From positions 1 through 64,000 of the IMG/VR virus record IMGVR_UViG_3300042375_000763: 64,000 bases of DNA, one strand, 5' to 3'. Positions 47,553-57,480 of the stretch are shown here, one piece after another. The notes below the pieces were generated by a model. The model did no database searches. It saw only the letters and a program-made list of their open reading frames with translations, and was not told where the DNA came from. A program made the position numbers and the translations under genes. This stretch comes from a virus. How positions within the stretch are numbered: the first letter of the stretch is position 1; each line of letters opens with the position of its first letter.

Positions 47553-47618
47553 GATACTCTCGGTTGGTTAAATTGTAATTTTATTTATAACACGCTTTCG
47601 TTGACTTCGTAAAAAAGA

Positions 47619-48005
47619 TCAAACTTTTTCAACTTTTTCAAAATAAAATTTCTTTAGAAGCCATTTTACTTTCATTGGCACCACGAACCATTCTTCATAC
47701 TTTGCCTGTTTCCAAGGCACGGTAGAAACAATCCAAGACGGACCATCGAAGTACAGAATAGTATGCATATCTGCAAGTCCTTTTACTTGTTGTTTTAGTG
47801 TATTCCAACGAATACTTTTTGTAGTCCACAACAGTCTGGCATATTCTTGAACTGAAGGGTGCATGAACTCGTAGTAAAAATCTTTTGCTTTCTGATTGTC
47901 GGCAGTGATATATTCATCGCCGATATCAATTGGTTCTGATTTGAACAATTGCCTTTCTACTCGCATTTGAGTAGGACCTACGATAAGTTTATATTTTGGT
48001 TTCAT
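47619..48005 (-). CDS. Hypothetical protein
   Basis: ORF track; coupled start. Confidence 0.6.
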   Translation of the reverse strand: MKPKYKLIVGPTQMRVERQLFKSEPIDIGDEYITADNQKAKDFYYEFMHPSVQEYARLLWTTKSIRWNTLKQQVKGLADMHTILYFDGPSWIVSTVPWKQAKYEEWFVVPMKVKWLLKKFYFEKVEKV

Positions 48006-48382
48006 TTACCAAGTGTCCCAGCATATTTTACAACTAGTGGAATCGAGTCAGTATATGCCTCTTGTTCCCACCAACGGTCATCATATGGAGTATCCCAGCA
48101 GGTGTGAATCCAGTGGTTCAAGTTATCTTTCAGAAATTGTTTCACGTGGATCATTTCATGTGCAATGGTCGTGCACATACAACCGATATCTCGATCTTTT
48201 TCCTTGACGAATACAAGAAATTCATCTTCGGTTACATCAAGACAAAGACCAAGAGTTCCATCATTCATTTCATAGGGAACAATAGTAACTTTTGCGGGTC
48301 TAATATCAAGTTCAACACACAAAAACTGTGCAAACTTTTCAAAAAACTTAGGATAGCTAGTTTCTGCTTTGATAACGGTCAT
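48002..48382 (-). CDS. HEXXH metallopeptidase-like protein
   Basis: TIAHEMIHVKQ...WWEQEA. Confidence 0.75.
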   Translation of the reverse strand: MTVIKAETSYPKFFEKFAQFLCVELDIRPAKVTIVPYEMNDGTLGLCLDVTEDEFLVFVKEKDRDIGCMCTTIAHEMIHVKQFLKDNLNHWIHTCWDTPYDDRWWEQEAYTDSIPLVVKYAGTLGK

Positions 48383-48960
48383 TGGGTCAAGGTATCCAGA
48401 TTTTCTTGAATGAAGAACCAAATTTGACGGCGAGTTTGCAGTTGATCTTTGATATACTGCATGTAAATGGTGTTTCGGGTCTTGTTGATGTTTAGACCTT
48501 CGATCCCGACAGTCAACTTGCCGACAATATCAAAGATACGACCCTGAGTCGCATTCTTGATAATGAAATTCGTGATACCTTTGATTCCGGTGTTGCGGAT
48601 ACTTTTGCCGCGGAAACAACCGGTGACATCATAACCTTCAGCCTCGAGAGTTTCACGAAGTTCACGTGCAAGCCGAAGTGCAGGGTTCATATTCAGGTTT
48701 TCAACACGATCGGTTTCCGACCATTCAGAGATACCGGTATTCATCAAGCGAGTCACAAAGGCCGAACCGAACTGATATTCAGTAGAAGGGTTGTTTGCGG
48801 CACCTCGAACTGCATACTTTGCACTGTTATATGCACCGTTCAAGGTTGCAGAGTAGTTCCTCTGACCTTTGTTCGTGAACATATTGTTTACAGCAATGTG
48901 AGCAAGCTTCAGTCGCTTGTTGCGGTAGATGATGACTTGTTGCAGGTCAAGATTTGTCAT
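48379..48960 (-). CDS. Hypothetical early protein
   Basis: Early promoter and SD. Confidence 0.65.
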   Translation of the reverse strand: MTNLDLQQVIIYRNKRLKLAHIAVNNMFTNKGQRNYSATLNGAYNSAKYAVRGAANNPSTEYQFGSAFVTRLMNTGISEWSETDRVENLNMNPALRLARELRETLEAEGYDVTGCFRGKSIRNTGIKGITNFIIKNATQGRIFDIVGKLTVGIEGLNINKTRNTIYMQYIKDQLQTRRQIWFFIQENLDTLTQ

Positions 48961-49019
48961 TGGTTCCTCAGTGTTACCTTATAGAATCAGTATAAACAAT
49001 TTAAACCTGTTTGTCAACA

Positions 49020-49229
49020 CTAATTTTCAAGTTCTTCCGTTGTAATTTCAAAAATTCTATCGGCACGATATACGATCATACAGTTTTCATCCGATATATT
49101 TGTGTGAAAAATGACGTGCTGTGGTGCCCATGTGATCTTCCAAAATGGAACTGTCTCAATATATTGCTTTGCAAGAATTGTCGCAGTCGCATGATCATCT
49201 CGGGCAAGAGTGATATTTGCAAGTTTCAT
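49020..49229 (-). CDS. Hypothetical protein
   Basis: ATGA-coupled. Confidence 0.5.
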   Translation of the reverse strand: MKLANITLARDDHATATILAKQYIETVPFWKITWAPQHVIFHTNISDENCMIVYRADRIFEITTEELEN

Positions 49230-49513
49230 TTGGCATATTTCCTGTGATTTTTGATGTTCCATTTTTCAATCGTATATCCATTATCGGTTTCATCGGTGAC
49301 AACATGAACTACGGAACCTTTGACTAGAGCTCGACGAGTTTCTTGACCAAAAGGTCCGACAAAGATCAAGTGAGGAAAATGTACATTTTTGCCACCATGT
49401 GCAGGAGTATGGAGTACATATTCAGGATTTTCAATATACTCGAATGTGTGACCACAATAACGCTCGACAAAGGAGCCAGAAATAGAAATAACACCGAGAG
49501 GCGCGTAAGCCAT
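49226..49513 (-). CDS. Hypothetical protein
   Basis: SD AGGAG. Confidence 0.6.
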   Translation of the reverse strand: MAYAPLGVISISGSFVERYCGHTFEYIENPEYVLHTPAHGGKNVHFPHLIFVGPFGQETRRALVKGSVVHVVTDETDNGYTIEKWNIKNHRKYAK

Positions 49514-49523
49514 TGTTTTCTCC

Positions 49524-49733
49524 TCAGAGAGTTTCGAGACGGAAGTACCAAGTTTTCAGATTCTGTGAAAACCCGGAATCTGCTCGTTCACCGCAATGTC
49601 GATATGCTTTTGCAAGACGAAGACAAGCAAGTTCAGAACCAAATGCATATAGTGCACCACCTAGTGATTGAACATCGAGAGTTTCTTTAGTGTGATTCTC
49701 AAATTCAGTCTTTGCACGGTTTATGTTTATCAT
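49524..49733 (-). CDS. Hypothetical protein
   Basis: YAFGSELACLRL. Confidence 0.6.
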   Translation of the reverse strand: MININRAKTEFENHTKETLDVQSLGGALYAFGSELACLRLAKAYRHCGERADSGFSQNLKTWYFRLETL

Positions 49734-49871
49734 GCAGTTTCCTCTTCTTCTGCGTCAGTATTATCACCGTCAGGGAAATGAATTGCATACCAGTCATGCT
49801 CATCGTAGACATCATACTCGTAATCTTCGTTCATCTGGTTTCCTCTACCTTATAGAATCAGTATAAACTAT

Positions 49872-50078
49872 TTAAAAGCATTTGTCAACAATATTTTTGT
49901 ACCATTTACTCTCTTGAGGGTCTATTCCACTGGATAGTTCATGAATATATTGATGAACTGCTACATTCATATGTTTCTCAATAAGGTTTTCTATATTCAA
50001 TACATGAGTTGTAAGTCTCATACTTGGGAGCAGTGGAAGTTTTTTGTAGGTAAATGGGTCTCTATAACCTAATTCCAT
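49872..50078 (-). CDS. Hypothetical protein
   Basis: ORF track. Confidence 0.5.
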   Translation of the reverse strand: MELGYRDPFTYKKLPLLPSMRLTTHVLNIENLIEKHMNVAVHQYIHELSSGIDPQESKWYKNIVDKCF

Positions 50079-50975
50079 TTACCTACCTTCATACTTTTCA
50101 AGGACGGACTTTAGTTCAGCAACAAGCCGTTCTACCGGAACATCGCGTTTGACAGCTTGATCCAGAGAACCATAGTGCTGTTCTAGACAAGTCATAAGAA
50201 GATCCTTGATAGCATCTTCGTCCGGCACATGCCGAAGGGTTGACTTGGTATAAAGTTCTTCAAGATGTTTCTCCTTAGCATCAAACCAGCTCCGGAGTTT
50301 CTCTTCACTCCAGTCACCACGACGAACTGCTTTCAGGACTTCAGCATTTCGTTCAATGTCAAGATCATGCTCCATCAAGATCTGTTCACCCTCAAGAGCA
50401 AGACGAATAACATGATAAGCAAACTTAAGATCCATGCCGTGTTTTTCGATGTCAGCTTGGCGCTTAGGATTGGAACTATTTGACTTCGTGCCGATCTTGT
50501 GCAATTGAGCATAAGCATATCCGCGGAACTTGTGATACGAATTCTTTGTCAAGAATAGTTTGCGGTTATCACGGACAATCTGAGCAACAGTAGAGCAATA
50601 CAAAACACACCGTTGTGGAGTAAACAGAATGTCAACCATATTCGGATTATTTTCCATTGCAAGTTGAAAAAACTTCACGATTGAATAGATACTGAAGTCG
50701 TATTCTTGACGAGATTCATTATCCATGATGTGATGTTCCTGCCATAATTCAAATCGTTTGTGTTGTAAACCAAAACCAGGAATCTCACCACGAAGGTGCG
50801 GGAAGATGTCATCTTTTGGTGGCATACAAAAACCAACAACATCCATATCAGAAGTGTCTGAACTTACAGCATAGCTGACAGAACCGGTGATCACTTCATA
50901 GTGAATGTTTTGAGGTAGCCACCTTGGCGGACTGATAAGTCCCTTCTGTTTCATTAGTTGTACACGTGATGCCAT
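50079..50975 (-). CDS. Pol-beta superfamily nucleotidyltransferase (NrdC.11/YcgL/RlaP-like)
   Basis: GSVSYA...SDMD, NNPN, K.AYH.IRL. Confidence 0.85.
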   Translation of the reverse strand: MASRVQLMKQKGLISPPRWLPQNIHYEVITGSVSYAVSSDTSDMDVVGFCMPPKDDIFPHLRGEIPGFGLQHKRFELWQEHHIMDNESRQEYDFSIYSIVKFFQLAMENNPNMVDILFTPQRCVLYCSTVAQIVRDNRKLFLTKNSYHKFRGYAYAQLHKIGTKSNSSNPKRQADIEKHGMDLKFAYHVIRLALEGEQILMEHDLDIERNAEVLKAVRRGDWSEEKLRSWFDAKEKHLEELYTKSTLRHVPDEDAIKDLLMTCLEQHYGSLDQAVKRDVPVERLVAELKSVLEKYEGR

Positions 50976-51117
50976 TTTATATTCCTTTAGAGACTAAGTA
51001 CGTAGATGATCATGCCGAAAGCAAAAGCAGTAGCTGCAATCAAAGCAATGTCAGAAAGATCAATCTTAAGCATATTAGGTTCCTTTCACCTTATAGAATC
51101 AGTATATACTATTAAGA

Positions 51118-51480
51118 TCACAAAGTCAACTGTATTTTTATCAAAATATTTTGGCCGAGTTCATCATTTGCACCAAATAGTCGATCTGCAAGATATTTCA
51201 GTTCTTCCTCGGTAAAATCAAGTTTTGGTTTACTTGGTTTCATAGGATATATTTTTGACATAATTTTCTGTCGATCACCAAATGACGGAAAATGACTCAT
51301 ATACTTCGAGTATTCACGGGAGGCAGCAAAAGACAAATTGGGTTCTTCGGTAATTCCTGTTTCTATAGCACGCCGTCGACATTCATCTTGAATGCGATGT
51401 GTGTCTTTCCAATTCCACGGAAGACCCGGCCATATATCTCGATCACAAAGTCTTTTGTCGGTTGATTTAATTGATACCAT
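51118..51480 (-). CDS. Hypothetical protein
   Basis: ORF track. Confidence 0.55.
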   Translation of the reverse strand: MVSIKSTDKRLCDRDIWPGLPWNWKDTHRIQDECRRRAIETGITEEPNLSFAASREYSKYMSHFPSFGDRQKIMSKIYPMKPSKPKLDFTEEELKYLADRLFGANDELGQNILIKIQLTL

Positions 51481-51850
51481 AAAACACCTTCATCATCTTT
51501 TCTTCGAGTTCATATGCTTCAATTTCCCACGGGAGTTTGTCATAGTCATCTTTATAGACTACACCAAACCACTTGCGACCGTGATCTAGTCGACCATCCA
51601 CGTATTGTTTGACATGCACTAGTTCATGAAACAGTGTCCGAATAATATCTTTCTGTGACAGTCTTTTTGCAATGGTGACTATAACTTCATCTTCATCATA
51701 ATCACAGAAACCATACTGGTGTTTTTCAAGTCTCTCGAACTCAATCACGATGTCGTTATTCAAGTCAAGATAAGAACAAGCAAAAGAGACCGCGGTGTCT
51801 AGCAACACGGTCTCGATTCGTTTGGATTTGTTTACTACTTCGTAAAACAT
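51467..51850 (-). CDS. HEXXH metallopeptidase-like protein (paralog of 48002-48382)
   Basis: TLFHELVHVKQY...PWEIEAY. Confidence 0.78.
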   Translation of the reverse strand: MFYEVVNKSKRIETVLLDTAVSFACSYLDLNNDIVIEFERLEKHQYGFCDYDEDEVIVTIAKRLSQKDIIRTLFHELVHVKQYVDGRLDHGRKWFGVVYKDDYDKLPWEIEAYELEEKMMKVFYGIN

Positions 51851-51857
51851 AGTTTTG

Positions 51858-52283
51858 TTATAAACTGATTTTACTTTCAACTTCTTGTTTGCCGCGAGTT
51901 GCCCACTCAAGAATTTGCTCAGTAGTACCACCTAGAATTGCTTTCACAAGAAGAAAGTTAAGTCCCGCGTCTAGAACTTTATCTTTCATACCAGGTCCCA
52001 TTTCTACTTCAATATCAGCAGAACCGTCAATATTTTCATTGACACAAGTTATAGTAAACGTGTTGGCTGGCAAATTCTTGGTACCTAGCACCGTATCAAT
52101 TCGAGCCTTGTTTTCTGCATAGTAGTTTTCATATTCACTTGGTACACTGTAATATTCAATCACTCGAAGTATCGAAAGAATCATATCACTATCTTTATCT
52201 TTTTCGTCGAGTCTAAGAAGTGTTTCGACTCCCTCTTTAAGTACAGTAATTACTAGTCTGTCGAGTGCAAGTTCTCTATTCAT
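51858..52283 (-). CDS. Hypothetical protein
   Basis: SD GGAG; ENIDGSA motif. Confidence 0.6.
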   Translation of the reverse strand: MNRELALDRLVITVLKEGVETLLRLDEKDKDSDMILSILRVIEYYSVPSEYENYYAENKARIDTVLGTKNLPANTFTITCVNENIDGSADIEVEMGPGMKDKVLDAGLNFLLVKAILGGTTEQILEWATRGKQEVESKISL

Positions 52284-52362
52284 GATATAGTCTCCATTAG
52301 TCAGTTGATACTTGGTTCACTTAGTATGATTTTATCTAAAACCCATAACGGGCTTTGTGCTA

Positions 52363-53751
52363 TCAGGCGGCTGTCAACTCAGTAAGGTCCTTGGTGAATT
52401 GATCCTTGGGTGTTGTTTTTGACCAATACACAAGTTCCTTTTGAGCATCTTTGATTTCAGTTTCAAGTTGCTTGACCATTTCAGCAGTCAAACTCAGAAT
52501 GTTGATCCGAAGCAGTCGATCAATATCATCTTGAATTGCATCGGTGGTTTCAAAGATCTGTTTTGCAACTTCATCCTTTTTCTTGTTCTTGAACTTGATT
52601 TTATCCTCAAGAACAGCTTGGATAAATTGCATTTTGACAGTCAACCAACGGGCAAGTTCTGTTGTTTCAACCTTCCGTAGGTCAATCCGTTTTTGAAGAA
52701 TAGTTGTGCGATAATCGCAGAAGTCACGGACCAGATTTCGTTCATCGTCATATTCTTTCAGTTTACCACGACTATCAATAACAGTCAAGTTTTCACTGAA
52801 TGGTTTTGCCAGTTTGAAAGCAGAGATGATTTTTTGGTCGTCCCAGTTTGCAGATGTATTCTGTTTCAGTTTGACTTCGAACTTGAAGCCAGTCTTGTCA
52901 CAGAGATCATCATATCCGACAATGTCGCCTTTTTCTTCTAGTTTATCCAGAACCTCGACATACCCTTCACGATCATAACCGTATGGGACCTCAGTGATTA
53001 GCAGAACTGTCTTGCCCTTCCGTTCGAAGATACCATTACAATAGTAACGGTTTTCGTCGGCATTATATGTCACGGTTCCTTTGAAGTCTGGAAACTTGAT
53101 CTTGACTTTGGATTTGATGTCTCCAGTTTTAATGTATTCTTGGCATGCACGGACAAGATCATCTGGATCACGCGGTAGAATATTTGTTGCAAAACCAGTG
53201 GCAATACCTTTGACACCATTGGCAAGAACCAGAGGGATCACAGGAACATAGAACGAAGGTGGTTCGTGTTCAGGATCGTCGTGCACAGGAGCAAGATCAA
53301 TGTCCTTGATATACCGATTGAAGTTCTTGTGGAGACGTGTGTAGGTATAGCGGGCCGCGGCTGCAGACTGAACTAGACGAGTTCCAAATGATCCTCGACC
53401 TTCGACAAGACAGATGTTGTTAGACCAATCAGCTGCCATTAGTTGACCGGCACCAGCAGCAGAACTTTCACCGTGTGCATACCCGTAATCGCTTAACACA
53501 CCTGAAACAGCACTGACTTTTTTAAATTCGGTCTTGCTATTCTTGATAGATGAATACAGATAAAAGCGATTTACGGGTTTCATACCGTCAATCATACTTG
53601 GAATAGCTCTAGCCTCTACTGTATAAAGAGCAAATTGTAACCACTCGTTACGAGCAACCTTGGAGATAGGATATTCCCGAATCATTGATTTAGCCTTTTT
53701 ACCATTTGATTCTACTGTATCACCATCAAAGAAATTTGTCAACCCACTCAT
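52363..53751 (-). CDS. gp52: DNA topoisomerase II medium subunit
   Basis: RAIPSMIDGMKP, YAHGESS, AAARY catalytic Tyr, GIATGFAT. Confidence 0.95.
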   Translation of the reverse strand: MSGLTNFFDGDTVESNGKKAKSMIREYPISKVARNEWLQFALYTVEARAIPSMIDGMKPVNRFYLYSSIKNSKTEFKKVSAVSGVLSDYGYAHGESSAAGAGQLMAADWSNNICLVEGRGSFGTRLVQSAAAARYTYTRLHKNFNRYIKDIDLAPVHDDPEHEPPSFYVPVIPLVLANGVKGIATGFATNILPRDPDDLVRACQEYIKTGDIKSKVKIKFPDFKGTVTYNADENRYYCNGIFERKGKTVLLITEVPYGYDREGYVEVLDKLEEKGDIVGYDDLCDKTGFKFEVKLKQNTSANWDDQKIISAFKLAKPFSENLTVIDSRGKLKEYDDERNLVRDFCDYRTTILQKRIDLRKVETTELARWLTVKMQFIQAVLEDKIKFKNKKKDEVAKQIFETTDAIQDDIDRLLRINILSLTAEMVKQLETEIKDAQKELVYWSKTTPKDQFTKDLTELTAA

Positions 53752-53963
53752 TTATTCTTTTCCTTTCGGTCATAGTAATAATTAACGGCAATCTTGGTTG
53801 TAAACTCAAGCAACAATGACATCGATGTTGCAAAACCGTAAACAATGGCCGCTACAATAAACAATAGATGAATCGGAATTGCAGGATGGACAATAATGAC
53901 TACACCCAAGGTAAGTGCATACATTAATAGCTCAGATAGAATAAAGATAATTGACTTTTTCAT
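53748..53963 (-). CDS. Small membrane protein
   Basis: Two hydrophobic segments. Confidence 0.6.
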   Translation of the reverse strand: MKKSIIFILSELLMYALTLGVVIIVHPAIPIHLLFIVAAIVYGFATSMSLLLEFTTKIAVNYYYDRKEKNK

Positions 53964-55792
53964 TTTGTCATGATTTCCTTTCGAAGAGATACGTCATTAC
54001 CAAACATGATCTGAAAGTAATTTGCATCATCAATTGTTACAGTATCAAGGACCGGATCATTGATAACACGGTCATATTCTGATTCGGTCAATGATCCCAA
54101 GCCTTTGATATATCGGTGTGTGTAACCTTTGCAATCAGATTTAAATTCTGTTGCATCATCATATGTAAAGAACCACTTGACATCTTTACCATTTGTTGAG
54201 ATCATGATCGGTGAACGGGTAATATGAATACGCTTTTCGGTCAAGAGACGTGGCCAAAACTTGTAAAAGAAGGCCACAATCAATGGTGAAATATGTCCAG
54301 CGCCGTCGTGATCCGCATCAGTCAATGTTGCCACACCACGATACGTCATGTTGTCTACACTGTTCGGATCATTGATATCAAGACCAAGGATTGCAACAAG
54401 TTCACCTAGTTCCTTGTTTTTAAGAACATCGGACGGTTTCATATCCCAAGTGTTCATGATAACACCACGAAGTGGATATGCGCCGATCTTTGAAGCATCA
54501 CGAACTTTCAGAAGGAACCCCATAGCAGAGTCACCCTCGACAAGGGCAAGAAGTGCATTGACATTATTTGCCGAGATATGTTTGGCAACCTTGACCTTTT
54601 TGAGTTTCTTCTGAGCAACAATAGAGTCGCGCCGATCATCTGCCATCTTTTTGGCAAGTTGTGCAGCAATAATTGGTTCAATAATATCCGTTGCAGCAAA
54701 GATCCGCTTGGCAATATGCTTGAAGTCATGAACATCGGTAGTCTCATGATGTTCTTTGATGTTTGACAGTGGATTGGTCAGACGTTCCTTGGTCTGGCTA
54801 TCAAACTTTGGATTGACAAAATTCTTTGCAAACAGAACAAATGTCAAACCATTCTTGATAACACTCTTGGAAACCTCGACCTTGTGCTTTTTCTTGATAA
54901 GTGCTAGAACCTCATCAATCACGTTATTCACGAGGTATTCTACATAGGTTCCACCTTGGCGTGTATTCACGCCATTAATGAAACTATTGGTGCGGAAACC
55001 ATCAACAGACGATGCAAAGAAGAAGGACAGATTTTCTGATTTCTCAATGATAACCGAAGCACCTTCTTCTGAAAACATTTCAGCATAGCGCTTCATGTCA
55101 CGGACTTGAATCCGCTTCTTGTTAAACGAGAATGTGATTTCAGGGAAAGCCATTTGAAGGCTGATCAGTCGATCCTCGACTAGCTGGATGGTGTCAAGGT
55201 CGCTGATCGAGTCAACTTCAAATAGTAAAAAATCAGGAATGAAAGACACTTCAGTTCCAGAGCCAGTTTTGGCTTTGTGTTTGACTTTGGTTTTAAGACC
55301 ACCTTCAGTGCAAAGCACCTCTAGCATATTTCCATTCTGCCATGTTCGCCCCACGAACTCTGTTGACAGGAAGTTGGTCGCAGAGGAACCTACACCATTT
55401 GTGCCGATGGTCACTCGGCTATCATCAAACGATGTGCCAGCATTGACTCGGGTCCAAGCGGCGACCGGCCGGAGAATTTTCTCGTTGGTAACAGAGTCAT
55501 GAATTTCCTCTTGAGGAATACCACGACCATTATCAGTCACCATCACCCAGTTTCCGTCAATGGAAACATCAATCTTGTTTGCATATTGGAAATTGGTACG
55601 GATTGCTTCATCAATCGAGTTGTCGAGGATTTCATCAATCATCTTGGAAAGTGCAGGAACATAAACTGCAGTCTTCCATTTACCAAGTACAAAACGGTCA
55701 ACATCTTCCCGAGCTGCCGACCCCATGTACATACCGATTCGTTCGCGCACGTGTTCACGCGGCGTAAGAATTTTGAATTGTTCTTTTGCCAT
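53960..55792 (-). CDS. gp39: DNA topoisomerase II large subunit (gp39+gp60 fused)
   Basis: EILDNSIDE, DNGRGIP, EGDSA, PLRG, DADHDG, YIKGLG. Confidence 0.95.
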   Translation of the reverse strand: MAKEQFKILTPREHVRERIGMYMGSAAREDVDRFVLGKWKTAVYVPALSKMIDEILDNSIDEAIRTNFQYANKIDVSIDGNWVMVTDNGRGIPQEEIHDSVTNEKILRPVAAWTRVNAGTSFDDSRVTIGTNGVGSSATNFLSTEFVGRTWQNGNMLEVLCTEGGLKTKVKHKAKTGSGTEVSFIPDFLLFEVDSISDLDTIQLVEDRLISLQMAFPEITFSFNKKRIQVRDMKRYAEMFSEEGASVIIEKSENLSFFFASSVDGFRTNSFINGVNTRQGGTYVEYLVNNVIDEVLALIKKKHKVEVSKSVIKNGLTFVLFAKNFVNPKFDSQTKERLTNPLSNIKEHHETTDVHDFKHIAKRIFAATDIIEPIIAAQLAKKMADDRRDSIVAQKKLKKVKVAKHISANNVNALLALVEGDSAMGFLLKVRDASKIGAYPLRGVIMNTWDMKPSDVLKNKELGELVAILGLDINDPNSVDNMTYRGVATLTDADHDGAGHISPLIVAFFYKFWPRLLTEKRIHITRSPIMISTNGKDVKWFFTYDDATEFKSDCKGYTHRYIKGLGSLTESEYDRVINDPVLDTVTIDDANYFQIMFGNDVSLRKEIMTK

Positions 55793-55802
55793 TCAGGTTC
55801 TC

Positions 55803-56015
55803 TTACTTGTTTTTATTTTTCTGTGTATTACGAAAGTCACTGCGAGCCTGCGCAAGGCGCTCTCGACTTCCGCTTGCTGCCTCATTGGCATCAGCACCAG
55901 CTGGTTCGATAGTGTGAACACCTTTGGTACGGATAAATTCGTTAATTAGAGCACGATCTTCAGGAGGAAGAGCATCTCCGCGAGATGTGGAGAATCCGCC
56001 ATTCAATGTAGTCAT
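55803..56015 (-). CDS. Hypothetical early protein
   Basis: Early promoter and SD. Confidence 0.6.
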   Translation of the reverse strand: MTTLNGGFSTSRGDALPPEDRALINEFIRTKGVHTIEPAGADANEAASGSRERLAQARSDFRNTQKNKNK

Positions 56016-56095
56016 AATTTAGTTCCTTTCCATTTCATAGAATCAGTATAAACCATTCCGTATGATATGTCAACCAGAATGTTTTGGTAAAATAG

Positions 56096-56257
56096 TCAAA
56101 TAATGACCACTTGACCAAAACATTCTTTACGAAGTTGGGCTTTTTCATCACGACGGACGGCTTTCTTGGTTCTGCCGTGTGCACCCTGCTTTTTACCAAT
56201 AAGGTGCTGAACGAAAGGATTTCGTTCTTTTTTGAGTTTTACTTGTTTAGTCTTCAT
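56096..56257 (-). CDS. Small basic protein (53 aa; not in the ORF track)
   Basis: MKTKQVKLKKERNPFVQHLIGKKQGAHGRTKKAVRR...; SD AGGAGG. Confidence 0.6.
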   Translation of the reverse strand: MKTKQVKLKKERNPFVQHLIGKKQGAHGRTKKAVRRDEKAQLRKECFGQVVII

Positions 56258-56281
56258 AACTTCCTCCTACAAAAGAATTAT

Positions 56282-56485
56282 TTATTTACACCACGAAATG
56301 CCCATATGATGAAGAATATCACGAGCCAACATCACTTCGCCAGCATGTTCGCCTTGTTCGAATGCGTCATCTACATTTCCACCAGCATAGTCATTAATAC
56401 ACTTGTCTTCATCTTCTACGTCATAGTAGCATTCTTTGCGGGCAAACTTTTTCAACCGCTCAATAATTTTACTATCCATTACCAT
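56282..56485 (-). CDS. Hypothetical protein
   Basis: DYAGGNVDDAF. Confidence 0.6.
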   Translation of the reverse strand: MVMDSKIIERLKKFARKECYYDVEDEDKCINDYAGGNVDDAFEQGEHAGEVMLARDILHHMGISWCK

Positions 56486-56697
56486 TCTCCACGATTTAGT
56501 TCTTCTTCCGTAAATTGGCCGCCCGAGCGATCAGGATTTATTTGCCACCCCATATCGCTGTTGCTTTCACGAAGGCGTTTAATTTCACCGACTGCTCGTG
56601 ACAGTAAAAGATAAAGTTCGGCGCCAGACATCGTGTTACGGATGCCGCCCTCGATCTCAGCAACGGCACTAGAAAGATCTTGTAGAATATCAGGCAT
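56479..56697 (-). CDS. Hypothetical protein
   Basis: WQINPDRSGGQFT. Confidence 0.6.
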   Translation of the reverse strand: MPDILQDLSSAVAEIEGGIRNTMSGAELYLLLSRAVGEIKRLRESNSDMGWQINPDRSGGQFTEEELNRGEW

Positions 56698-57086
56698 TAG
56701 ATCAACTCCTTGAACTTTTCTTTCAACCGCAAGAACTCAGCATATTCAGCGTCAGCCTTCAACTTCTTAGCTTCAGCAGTAGCTTTACGTTTGGCAGAGG
56801 CAGCCTCTTTGCGTTTGGCTTCAGCATTTTCACGAGCAAAGGTTTCCTTTTCGGTTTCAACACGCTCAAATTCGTAAGTGATAACCAACTCATAATCATT
56901 ACTATAATAGATGGCGCAGCTTTCAAAATCAAAGCGGCCTTCACCGACCATACCTTTGGCATTTGCAGCTTCAACTACTGAGTCGATATATGCTTTCACA
57001 CCATCGGCGGTAGTTTCAAAACTGTACCGATCACAGTTGATTTTGTCATAGTTCACATAGATACCGTTTTCGTTCTTGCGGCTCAT
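56697..57086 (-). CDS. Hypothetical protein
   Basis: Coiled-coil C-terminus. Confidence 0.6.
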   Translation of the reverse strand: MSRKNENGIYVNYDKINCDRYSFETTADGVKAYIDSVVEAANAKGMVGEGRFDFESCAIYYSNDYELVITYEFERVETEKETFARENAEAKRKEAASAKRKATAEAKKLKADAEYAEFLRLKEKFKELI

Positions 57087-57101
57087 TTTATATTTCCTCT
57101 A

Positions 57102-57419
57102 TCAGCGATTACGAACAAACGAAGTCATGCGAGTGAAAGCCCCATCATAATACAAGTCACCACCAGTAAGATAGTCCATTTCAGTGTATCCATAGCGGTC
57201 GACACCGTCGCCGCAGCCGACATATTCACCATCGGCATCAAAGCAGGAGTATCCGTAAGAGTCAAATCCTTCGTCGTCGTAGTTGTCATACATTGTTTTT
57301 TCGTTATACGAGTCTTTGTTCCACTCGGTCGGGACTTCCCCATAGCAGTTGAACTTGAACATATCATATCCAGGTTCATTAGCGTGAGGGCAAAGAGGTG
57401 AGTATTTTCCAGTGCTCAT
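57102..57419 (-). CDS. Hypothetical early protein (acidic, GYD-like repeats)
   Basis: YDDEGFDSYGY...VDRYGY. Confidence 0.6.
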   Translation of the reverse strand: MSTGKYSPLCPHANEPGYDMFKFNCYGEVPTEWNKDSYNEKTMYDNYDDEGFDSYGYSCFDADGEYVGCGDGVDRYGYTEMDYLTGGDLYYDGAFTRMTSFVRNR

Positions 57420-57480
57420 GTCGATATTCCTTTATACCTTATAGAATCAGTATAAACTATTTGAAAGCATTTGTCAACAA

